Source: Malacoraja senta
Taxonomy: Eukaryota
NCBI GenBank assembly: GCA_038087875.1
Contig: JAXLNO010000638.1
Location: forward strand, 62,001-98,206
Reading direction: 5' to 3'
Length of the DNA: 36,206 nucleotides
The notes under the pieces were generated by a model. That model was not told the DNA's origin and made no database searches. It saw nothing but the letters and a program-made list of their open reading frames with translations. Position 1 is the stretch's first letter. Every line of letters begins with the position of its first letter. Below are positions 22,871-33,769 of the stretch, in pieces. The translations under genes and the position numbers were made by a program.

Positions 22871-23677
22871 CATACAAAAGAATATCATAGCAAACTCTGA
22901 GAACCCACAGCGCCGTGTGGCAGGCGGCTTCATTTTCTCTTCCAGCTCAGTGAAAACATTTTTTTTCTCTGCTATTTACTAGCAGCATTAATTACATTAA
23001 TACTTATGAAATGGGCCGTGCACATTTTCCTAACCCTCGTGTCCAGTGCAGAGGACGGGCACTGTGCTGCAGTGTGCGCGACTGCAGAACAGAACGTGTT
23101 ACCGTTGGTTCCTGTGATATCAGGACATTTGTTCCTGTGTGTGACAGCAGTAAATGGCATCACTTACAGGATAAAATAGTAAGATTAAACGAGGAACTTA
23201 CCAGTTTCAAGTTTGATCTTTATTTTATGAGGAGTTACGATGAGGGACTACGTGAAGAACCCGTCCAGCCGCACGTGCAATCAATCTTCAAAGCAGCGGT
23301 GTGAAATCACAGGTAATAGTGACTGAAGTATAATAGTAAGATAAAAGAAGACTAGAACTACCAGATGACACTTATGAGGGTTGGGAGCGGAGGGCACGTA
23401 GTCCCTCATCGTAACTCCTCATAAAATAAAGATCAAACTTCAAAACTGGTAAGTTCTCGTTTAATCTTACTATTTTACTTCGGAGTCACGTGAGTGACTA
23501 CGTGAAGATTTCAAAGCTCTATGATTTCATGCCGCAGATTCAAATCCCGGCCTCTCACGGCATTAATTGACTCAACATAATTAAAATAACCAATAATGCA
23601 TCAATTCATAACATGCTTTAACGAATTAACGTTTATTTACAAACAAAACAGTAGTAACCCCTCCATACCAGGGGAAA

Positions 23678-24656
23678 CTATATAACTGAACTTAAAACAG
23701 AATCGGCAAAAAAAAACAGCCTTGTCATTGGCTGATGGTAAAACCTTTGAACATAAGTTCACTGGACTATCCTGCGGCCGTGAGGATATGGTCTATAGGA
23801 ACGTCCATCGCTCTGGCTGCTGAAGTTGCTGCCGCCCTGGTGGAATGAGATTTGCAATTATCAGTGTCAATCCCAGCGCTTACCAGAACCTGCTTTAGCC
23901 ACCTTGAGATAGTTTGAGATAGACACCTTATTGTGCGGTTTTTTTTGACTTAATGAACAATGCTGACTCTGTTCCCTTAAAGTTCTGGTACCTCAATGTA
24001 ATGGGACAAAACCATGAACTACACACAGGCGGGAATCCATGGGGTATGCTGAAAAAATATCTTACATCCTGTCCGCCCTATTCTACTCTGCTTTAGAGCT
24101 CATAACATAAAAACTGTGCATCTGTTTCTTTTAGGGTGGATGATTTTTGTACCTCCATGCTGTCTAGACCCATCTGTAATGTCTGCCCACGTTGGGCTGA
24201 TACCAACGCCATAAGCATGACCACCTCATGTTGAGTTTGGCTAGAGATAGGACGGTGACAGGAGCCCACTGGCGAAGCAGCATTAGAACTTCGCTCACAA
24301 TCCAGCTAACCGATACCTGGGCTTAGGATGATTGGTATTAAAAACTCCTTCATGAATCTAGAGACTAACGGATGTGTCCCCACTGCATGTAATTCTGACA
24401 CCATGGGTAAATATGAAGGCAGAGCACTTCTGGCTGTGTTGATAGCTTAACTTTTGATCAAAAAAGAGAGTTGACAAAAACTCTAGCACATCTGGGATGC
24501 ATGCATTTTGATATGAAATATTCTGCTGTAAACAGAACACCTCCACTTCCTTATCGCAGAGATGTACTGCTTTTGGGTACTATCTCTCCAGGCCGCAGTG
24601 ATAACATCCACAGTGCGCTCGGATAGTCCTCTCCCCAGGTATGGTCTCCTTAGAAT
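23678..24656 (-). pseudogene. DIRS tyrosine recombinase, copy A (many frameshifts)
   Basis: Starts ILRRPYLGRGLSERTVDVITAAWRDSTQKQY; retains SHSTRAAATS; colinear with 32188-33166. Confidence 0.85.
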
Positions 24657-27600
24657 CTGCAAATTAACAGATCAATACGATCATGTAAAAGATGCTGATC
24701 TCCAGTTACAGGATTCACCAGTAGGTTTCTGTTTTTGGGAACAATCATGTGAGGCTCAGTAGCCATCTTCAAAACATGAGCATACCATTGCTGAGTAGGC
24801 CAGTCGGGTACCACCAATACTCCTGAAGCGGAGTTTCGCTTTATCTTTTGCAGGCATCAACTGACGAGACAGAATGGAGGAAAATATATAGAAACATCCA
24901 CCCCTTGCAGCGAGAACGCATCAACCGCTGCTGCCCCAGGATCTGGTTCCCATGAAACATATTTAGGCAACTGATGGTTAAGCTAGATGCAAACAAAATC
25001 GATTCTGTGTCCCAAAACGAAGGCAAACAACATTTTCAAATATTGCTCATGATTTCAACATCCATTCTATATTTGGGGTCAATCTCGAGTCTGCGACTAT
25101 GTTAAATCTACCAGGTAAATGGATTGCTGAAATCCAAATATTTCTGTCAATACACCAACTCCAGATCTGATTAGCCAACCTATCACAAGGATTCGACTTG
25201 ACTCCACCCACATGATTCAGATATGCTACTGCTGTAGTGTTATCAATTTGAACCTGCACATGCACTTGACTTTTGGTAAAACAATAAGCTTTAAGGCCAT
25301 AAAATGTTCCCAGAAGCTCTAAATAATTGATCTCTCTTAATTGTAGAAGGGATGCCTCATCACAATTCCATCTGCCTCCACAGCTGGAAACCATATCAGT
25401 AGCACCCCAACCTAGGCCACTGACATCAGTCTGTAGAATTATAGAAGGTGGATCAACCAAAACCTTCCTGGAGCTAGTTGCAACATTCATAATCCACCAT
25501 TGTATCTCAGAAATAGCTTCTGTTGGCAACTTCATAGGCCTGTCAAAATGGCCTGCATGCGCTCTCAATGCTTGTTGTTTTGCTCTTTGTAATTCTTGAT
25601 AATGCAGAAGCCCAAACTGCACTGCTGGAAAAGCAGCCACCAGCTTGCCAATCAACTTTGCCACCTGTCTAATTGAAGGTAATTGGTCTTCAGCAAGCTT
25701 AACACATTCTTCAATTAACTGCTGCCTCTTATCACTCGGCAAAGTTACTAACATGTGATCTGAGTGAATAGTGAAGCCCAAATAATCAATAACTTTAACT
25801 GGTGTAAATTTGGATTTATCTGGGTGGATAATAAACCCCAACTGCTCAAAAGTGAGTTTAACACTTGATACAGATAATTCAGCTGCCTCCCGAGAGTTCC
25901 CTACAATAAAAAATATCATCCAAATAAGCCATTATCACATGACCCTGACTACGGAGTAAGCCAAGAATTGGTTTCAACAATTTGGTAAACAATCTGGGAG
26001 CTGAGGCTAACCCATTAGGCAGTGCTTTGAATTGCCACAATTGCCTCATCCAGCTAAATTTCAAATATCTCCTATCCTCACAGTGAACAGACACTGAATA
26101 ATAAGCATCCTTGAGATCTATGCTTGCCATAAAACACCCTTTGGAAACCAGCTGTTTAGCCGAAGAAAAGGTTTCCATCTTGAAATGTCTATACTGCACA
26201 AAAGGGTTCAGGCTCGTCAGGTCCAGAATAATTCTACAACCCCGATCCTTTTTAGACCTAGGAAAAATACTTGACACAAACTGATGGGATTGACGAACCC
26301 CTTTTGAATAACCCCTTTTTTGCACAATATCTCAAGCTCTGCCTGTATCTGTAGATTCTCTTCTTGTGAAAACACAAGTTTCCGAGTTGGGACATGCTGA
26401 GTGGGCTGACACACAGTAGGGTAAAATTCAATTCGAAACCCCTCTATACTTCCCAAAACAAATGGATCTGATGTTATCTCCTGCCATTCTTTAAGAAACA
26501 GGTGTAACCTGCCACCTATTTGAACATCTTTCCCACGTAATTTATTTCCTTCAGGAGCAAAATCTCTTACCTGCACATTTCCTGAATGAGCTTGTTGCCC
26601 CCGGCCTCTCATAGGGAAATTTATCTTAGGCTTTGTGCCTGTGGCAGGATACCATGTTCTTGTGTTCGCAAATGAACGACTGGTCCCTTCACCAGTCCCT
26701 GTGACAGCACCCCGTCGATAAGGGAAAAACCTTTTGCCCATCCTGCTGGTTGTTGGCACTTTAATGAGGCCCACAGTTTTTGCCTCTTCATTCATTTCCT
26801 TGGCTCGCTTTGCGAGGTCCTCCCCAAACAACAGATTTGGCAACTGCACATTATTTGGTTTGCAGAGTCCTGCAAATTTTGGGTGAATGGCGGGGCGTAT
26901 GGCACTTTTTCTCAGGCTGTTCATTTCGAAATGTGCGCTGCACAAAAGCCCCAGAGCGTCCTGATGAACCTCAGTCAATTGCCCCTCTTCCACTGTTCTG
27001 GCAAACGCAGTAATGCCTGTAGCCAGTAATTTGAGCACCCTCTGGAGTTTCACCTCTTGTGCTCTCACTGCAACCCCCATTTGGCCCCATATAACCTGAT
27101 TGACCATTGGCACTTTCAACAAACCACAGTTAACTGGAGTTTCATATTTCTTGGCCTTATCATCCATAATCAGCTCCTGGAGCTGATGGGAGAGCATATA
27201 ATTAATTGTCATAGCCAATTCTTCCCACAATGGCTCCCCTGACTCTTTGGGGACTGCAAATTTAGCAGCCAAATTTGGTACAAAAACCTTTTGCCCTTCA
27301 CCCATTGGGCTATATTCAGCCATTTCCTCGGTATCAGTGTAACTCTGACCCGGCACACCCTCTTCTTCCATGAAGGGGCGATTATGCAGTCCTGTTTCTG
27401 GCACTGCTGGCACAGGCTCTCCAATAGCCTGGCGAGAACTCCACTCCTCCTCCCGGAGTGAGTCTTTCTGGAGCCACCTCTCCATTAGGTGCTCTAACTG
27501 TGAGAGCCGTGAGGAAACGGACTCTTCTTGAGGTAAAACCTCCTGGCCCGACTCTGGGTCTATAGGCCTAGCAGACTTACATGTGGCCTTACGCCCTACC

Positions 27601-28476
27601 GGCGTGGCAGCGCTGCTCCCTTGCAACAAGTCTGCATTAGATACAATGATGCAATGTATTTGTTGTCATTTGAACCTAAGTTCAAACGAAATTCGGTTTC
27701 TGCAGTCATACAAACAAGTAAAAAGAACCAAGACACAACACAATTTACACAAACATCCATCACAGTGAATCTCCTCCTCACTGTGATGGAAGGCAAAGTC
27801 TTGTCTCTCCCCTGCACTCCCCATTCTCCTCACGATGTCAAAGTCAAAGCCCCCGGCAGGCGATAGTAAATAAGTCCCGCGGCCATTAAGGCCGCGCTGG
27901 GCGATGCAAGGCCACGCTCCAGGTCATCTTCAACCCCGCAACTCGGGCGGGAGAAGTTGCCGTTGCGGGAGCCCCGAAAAGCGGTCTCCCACCAGCGACC
28001 CGCGAGCTCCCGAAGTCACCGTCCACCGGGCTGGCGGCTGGAGCCTCCGAATCTCCGGGGTCGGGCCGCAGCAGCGCGCCACCACAGCTCCTCCCGTTCC
28101 GAACTCGGCCAGCTCTGCGATGGTGAGTAAGTCCGCCGGCTCCGCGACTGGAGCCCCAGGTCGTTCCGTTGGAGGCCGCTCCACGGTGCTAGGCCCCAAC
28201 GGAGACCCGACAGGGAAAAGATTTTTAAGTTTCCCCCACCCCCCACCCCCCGCCCCATACCCAGTTTAAAAAACCACAATAAACGAAACTCAAACGAAAC
28301 AAAAAAAATAAAAAAGACAGACTGCAGAGGCCGCTGCGACGTGGGTCGTGCCGCCCACCCAGCTCTGCTTGCGATAAAGTTGGTGAACTAGGCAGGCCCT
28401 CGGTAGCCGCACTCCCGCGGTCCTTTACACTTTTCGACATAGCTCGCCTCGCCTTCACCTTGCTTGCTTTCTGCAT
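24650..28476 (-). pseudogene. DIRS Gag-RT-RNase H-methyltransferase-like polyprotein, copy A (718-bp insertion and frameshifts)
   Basis: ORFs 28225-28488, 26217-27629, 25879-26325 and 25047-25919: GGRLHLFLKEW, RIILDLTSLN, SIDLKDAYYSV, ALPNGLASAPRLFTK, YLDD, TDVSGLGWG, INYLEL, IDNTTAVAY. Confidence 0.9.
27641..28358 (-). mobile_element. GC-rich non-autonomous retroelement inserted in gag of DIRS copy A
   Basis: Removing it restores the frame SQAELANADLLQGSSAATPVGRK; 13-bp stem at 27756-27768/27778-27790; same family as 1-306. Confidence 0.85.
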
Positions 28477-30829
28477 AGTCGACAACAAACAACGTCCGAC
28501 TCAGAAAGCAACCTCAATACTAAGTTTTCACTTACCTCGAGGTGTTTTAAACGTACCCGCTGGAGGAGCTCTGCTGCTCCAACCGGCCGCCTGCACCAAT
28601 GCGTCTGACGTAATGACGCACGTGCGGCTGGACGGGTTCTTCACATGACATTTTACTTCAGAGTCACATGAGTGACTACGTGAAGAAGACCCCGTCCAGC
28701 CGCACGCGCGTCATTACGTCAGACGCATGGCGCAGCGACCGGTTGGAGTAGCAGAGCTCCTTCAGCGGTAAGTTTAAAAACCTCGAGGTAAGTGCTAAAC
28801 TTAGTTTGGAGGTTGCTTTCTGTTGGTACGCTTGGTTTTCAGGGCGATATTACAAAATGCAGAAAGCTACGATGGTGAAGGCGAGGCGACCCGCTAGCAA
28901 AAGCTTGGAAGACCGCGGGAGTGCGGGTAGCGGGTGCCCGCCTAGCTCACCTATACCGTCGTCAACAGGGGGGCTAGCGACTGCAGGCACATTGCCTGTG
29001 AGCAGCGTCGGTGGGGCGTAAGGCTACTTCGAAGTCTGCTCGGCCCATTGACTCCGAGTCGGGCCAGGAGGATTCACCTCCGCAAGGGGAGACCGTTTTT
29101 ACACGGCTATCCCAGATTGAGCTCTTGATGGAGAGGATGCTCGACAAGAACGCACTCCAGGAGGAGGAGTGGTGTCCACGCCGGGCTGTTGGAGAGCCTC
29201 TGCTAGCAGCGCCTGGAATAAGGCTGCTTAATCGCTCCCTCATGGAGGAGGAGAGCTTGACGGGTCGGGTATATTGACGCCGAATCAGTGGGTGAACAGA
29301 GCCCAAGGGGTGAAGGGCATGAGGTTACAATACCTAATTTGGCTGCAAAATTTGCTATTCCCAGAGAAGCATGGGGAGCCATTGGAGAAGGAGTTGTCCA
29401 CAACTATTAATTATTTGCTCTCCCATCAGCTCCAAGAGCTGACAATGGATGACACTGCAAAGAAGTATGAAACCCCGGTTAACTGTGGCTTATTGAAGGT
29501 GCCGGTGGTTAACCATGTTATATGGGGCCAAATGGGAATTGCAGTTCGGGCACAAGAGTTAAAACTCCAGCCGGTGCTGAAGTTGCTTGCTGCAGGCATT
29601 ACTGCGTTCGCCAGAACGGTGGACGAGGGGCACCTGTCTGAAGCACATCAGGATGCTTTGGGGCTTCTGTGCAGTGCACATTTTCAGGTGAACTGTTTAA
29701 GAAAGAGTGCCATACGCCCAACTATTCACCCTAAGTTTGCAGCACTCTGCAAGCCTAGCATTGTTCAATTGCCTAATCTGCTGTTTGGGGAGGACCTCGC
29801 AAAGCGAGTAAAAGAGCTTGATGATGAGGCAAAAACTGTGGGGTTAATAAAAGCGCCGACGAGCAGCAAAATGGGTTGGTGGCAATTCCCCTATCGACGG
29901 GGTGCAATGACTGGGGCTGGTGAAGGGACGAGACGTTCATTCCCGAACATACGCAGCTGGCACCCTGCCACAGGCACACGGGCAAGGATGAATTTTCCCA
30001 CGAGGAACCGGGGGCAACAAGTTCCATCGGTAAACGTGCAGGTAAGTGGTTTTGCTCCTGATAGAAACAAATTAAGTGGGAAATATGTTCAAGTTGGAGG
30101 CAGGTTACACTTGTTCCTAAAAGAATGGCAGGAGATAACATCAGATCCGTTTGTGCTGTGCAGTATAGAAGGGTTTCGAATTGAATTCTACCCTAATTTG
30201 TGTCCACCCACTCAGCATGTCCCAAGTCGGACACTCGTTTTCTAACAAGAAGAGAATATGCAGATACAGGCAGAACTTGAGGTATTGTGCAGTAAAGGGG
30301 TGATTGAGAAGTCGGTTCGTCAACTCCACCAGTTTGTGTCAAATATATTTCCTAGGTCTAAAACGGATGGGGGATGTAGAATCATTCTGGACCTGACGAG
30401 CCTTAACCCTTTTGTACAGTATAGACATTTCAAAATGGAAACTTTTCCTACTGCTAAACTGCTGATTTCCAAAGGGTGTTATATGGCAAGCATAGATCTT
30501 AAAGATGCATATTACTCAGTGTCAGTTCATTGCGATGATAGGAGATATTTGAAGTTTAGCTGGATGAGTCAGTTATGGCAATTCAAAGCACTGCCTAATG
30601 AATTAACCTCAGCTCCTAGATTGTTTACCGAATTGTTAAAACCAGTTCTGGGGCAACTCTGAACTCAGGGTCATGTCGTAATTACCTATTTGGATGATAT
30701 CTTAATTGTAGGAAAGACTCGGGATGTAGCTGAATCATCTGTTTCAGTTGTTAAACTCATTCTTGAGGAATTAGGGTTCATCATTCATCCAGGTAAATCC
30801 AAATTAACACCAGTCAAAGTTATTGATTA

Positions 30830-30923
30830 GTCTGAAGAAGGGTTTCGGCCCGAAACTTTGCCTATTTCCTTCGCTCCATAGATGCTGCTGCACACGCTGA
30901 GTTTCTCCAGCATTTTTGTGTAC
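30830..30923 (+). mobile_element. 94-bp Penelope-like pLTR repeat inserted in the DIRS RT
   Basis: 15-bp TSD caaagttattgatta at 30815-30829 and 30924-30938; absent from the equivalent site in copy A. Confidence 0.9.
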
Positions 30924-31394
30924 CAAAGTTATTGATTACTTGGGCTTCACCATTAACTCAGATCACATGTTAGTGACTCTGCCCAGTGATAAAAGGCAGC
31001 AGTTAATTGAAGGCTCATTGGTGAACAACGACCTTCAATTAGACAGGTGGCCAGCTTGATTGGTAAGTTGGTGGCTGCTTTTCCAGCTGTGCAGTTTGGA
31101 CCTCTGCATTATCAACAGTTACAACGAGCAAAAGAACAGGCACTGAGGACACATGCAGGTCATTTTGACAGGCCCATGGGATTACCAGCTGAAGCCATTT
31201 CTGAAATACAATGGTGGATCATGAATGTCTCAAGTAGTTCCAGGGAAGTTTTGGTTGAACCACCTTCCATAGTCTTACAGACATGTTAGTGCTCTAGGTT
31301 GGGGTGCTACTGATATGTTTTCCAGCTGTGGAGGCAGATGGAATAGTGATGAGGCATCTCTTCTGCAATTGCGAGGGATCAATTATTTAGAGCT

Positions 31395-31507
31395 AAGGTA
31401 CACAAAAATGCTGGAGAAACTCAGCGGGTGCAGCAGCATCTATGGAGCGAAGGAAATAGGCAACGTTTCGGGCCAAAACCCTTCTTCAGACCTAATTATT
31501 TAGCTCT
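31395..31507 (-). mobile_element. Penelope-like pLTR repeat inserted in the DIRS RNase H
   Basis: 14-bp TSD aattatttagagct at 31381-31394 and 31508-31521, with filler at 31492-31507. Confidence 0.88.
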
Positions 31508-32187
31508 AATTATTTAGAGCTTTTGGGAACGTTTTATGGGCTTAAAGCTTATTGCTCTACCAAGAGTCACTTGCATGTGCAGGTTCAAATTGACAACACT
31601 ACAGCAGTGGCATATGTTAATCATATGGGTGGAGTCAAGTCGGAATCTTGTGATAGGTTGGCTAATCAGATCTGGAGCTGGTGTATTGACAAAAACATTT
31701 GGCTTTCAGCAATCTACTTACCAGGTAGATTCAACATAGTGGCAGACACAAGGTCACGCCAATTCAATGACAACATAGAATGGATGCTGAATCATGACAT
31801 ATTTAAAGATGTTGTTGGTCGGTTTGGGATGACAGATATCGATTTGTTTGCATCTAGACTAAACCACCAGTTGCCTAAATACGTTCCGTGTGAACCAGAT
31901 CCTGGGGCAGCAGCGGGCGATGCATTCTTGCTGCATTGGGGTGGAATGTTTTTATATGCATTTCCTCCATTCTGCCTCATCAGTCGATGCCTGCAAAAAA
32001 TCAAGCAGGACTCCGCTTCAGGAGTATTGGTGGTACCCGACTGGCCTACTCGGCCATGGTTCCCTCTCGTTTTGCAGATGGCTATTCAGCCTCATATGAT
32101 TGTTCCCAAACATAGAAACCTACTGGTGAACCCGGTAACTGGCGATCAACATCCTTTACATGATCTTATTGATTTGTTAATTTGCAG

Positions 32188-33166
32188 ATTCTAAGGAGGC
32201 CATACCTGGGGAGAGGACTATCCGATCGCACCGTGGATGTTATCACTGCGGCCTGGAGGGATAGTACCCAGAAGCAGTACATCTCCTCGATAAGAAAGTG
32301 GGAGGTGTTTTGCTTACGGCAGAATATTTCATATCAAACTGCAGGCATCCCAGACGTGCTAGAGTTCTAGTCAACTCTCTATTTCGATCATAAGTTAAGC
32401 TATAGTGCGATCAATATAGCCAGAAGTGCTTTGTCCTCATATTTACCCATGGGATCAGAATTATATTCTGTGGGGACACATCCTCTAGTTTCTAGATTTA
32501 TGAAGGGAGTTTTTAATTTCCAATCCTCCTAGGCCCAGGTATTCGGTTATCTGGAATGTAAGCGAAGTTCTTATGCTCCTTCGTCAGTGACTCCTGTCAC
32601 AGCCCTGTCTTTGGCCAAACTCACCATGAAGGTAGTAATGCTTATGGCATTGGTTTCAGCCCAACGTGTGCAGACATTACAGAAGCTGAGACTAGACAGG
32701 ATGGAGGTATCAGCAGATGCCATCACTTTTTATATCTATGATTTGCTCAAGCAGAGTAGAATAGGAGAGACAGGGTGTAAGATTACCTTTTCGGCATACC
32801 CCACAGAATCCCGCCTGTGTGTCGTGTCATGTTTATTATATTACATTGAGGCTACCAGAACCCTAAGAGGAGCGGAATCAGCATTATTTATTAGCCACAA
32901 AAAACCGCATAGAAAGGTGTCGGTTCAAACTATTTCAAGGTGGCTAAAGCAGATTCTGGTTTACGCTGGGATTGACACTGACAATTTTAAATCTCATTCC
33001 ACCGGGGCGGCATCAACTTCAGCGGCCAGGGCGATGGACGTCCCTATAGACCATATCCTCGCGGCCGCAGGATGGTCCAATGAACTGATGTTCCATATTT
33101 TTTTATCATAAGCCAATTGCCAAACCGGGGGTATTTGACGACTCTGTTTTAAGTTCAGTTTTATAG
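32188..33166 (+). pseudogene. DIRS tyrosine recombinase, copy B
   Basis: LMALVSAQRVQTL...LKQSR...LFIS...TISRWLK...SHSTGAASTS...AAGWS; the HxxR arginine is changed to G and a +1 T precedes the expected catalytic Tyr. Confidence 0.9.
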
Positions 33167-33338
33167 TTTCCCCCTGGGATAGAAGGGGTTACTATTGTTT
33201 CTTTATAAAATAACCGTTAATTCGTTTCAAGCAATGTTATGGTTGATGCATTATTGATTATTTTCTTATTGTGAGTCAATCAATGCAGTGAGACGCCGGG
33301 ATTTGAATCCGCGGCATGAAATCACAGAGCTTTCAAAT

Positions 33339-33450
33339 CTTCACGTAGTCACTCACATGACTCCGAAGTAAAATAGTAAGATTAAACGAGAACTTACCAG
33401 TTTGAAGTTTGATCTTTATTTTATGAGAAGTTACGATGAGGGACTACGTG
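33339..33450 (+). repeat. Internal complementary region (ICR) of DIRS copy B
   Basis: First part is the reverse complement of 28650-28685, second part of 33593-33671. Confidence 0.92.
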
Positions 33451-33685
33451 CCCTCCGCTCCCAACCCTCATAAAGGTCATCTGGTAGTTCTAGTCTTCTC
33501 TCATCTTACTATTATACTTCAGTCATTATTACCTGTGATTTCACACCGCTGCTTTGAAGATTGACGCGCGTGCGGCTGGACGTGGTCTTCGTCACGTAGT
33601 CCCTCATTGTAACTCCTCATAAAATAAAGATCAAACTTCAAACTGGTAAGTTCTCGTTTAATCTTACTATTCCTAAGTATTATTA

Positions 33686-33769
33686 TAGACAAAAATGCTG
33701 GAGAAACTCAGCGGGTGAGGCTGAATCTATGGAGCGAAGGAAATAGGCAATTTTGGGTCGAGACCCTTA
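33686..33769 (-). mobile_element. Penelope-like pLTR repeat, truncated
   Basis: tagacaaaaatgctggagaaactcagcggg...gggtcgagaccctt. Confidence 0.75.

Larger units (their letters stand above)
23175..28649 (-). mobile_element. DIRS1-like tyrosine-recombinase retrotransposon, copy A (degenerate, 5' tip damaged)
   Basis: Gag, RT (YLDD), RNase H, MT-like and YR remnants; 3' terminus 23175-23282 is complementary to the ICR (about 23395-23507) and to the left terminal repeat (about 28610-28644). Confidence 0.93.
28857..32194 (+). pseudogene. DIRS Gag-RT-RNase H-methyltransferase-like polyprotein, copy B (frameshifts, stops, two insertions)
   Basis: ORFs 28806-29021, 29011-29277, 29274-30245, 30258-30662, 31047-31289 and 31523-32194; MT-like motifs IDLFASRLN, DAF, YAFPPF, VPDWPTRPWF. 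Confidence 0.92.
28650..33671 (+). mobile_element. DIRS1-like tyrosine-recombinase retrotransposon, copy B (structurally complete, coding-defective)
   Basis: Begins ATTttacttc and ends cttactATT; left repeat 28674-28713 is inverted at 33562-33601; ICR 33339-33450 is complementary to both termini. Confidence 0.95.

Noticed and set aside
23175..33671. Assembly-artefact inverted duplication, or host or prokaryotic recombinase and methylase genes
   Set aside because: The arms are substantially diverged with private insertions, and the domain order and ITR/ICR structure are those of DIRS retrotransposons.
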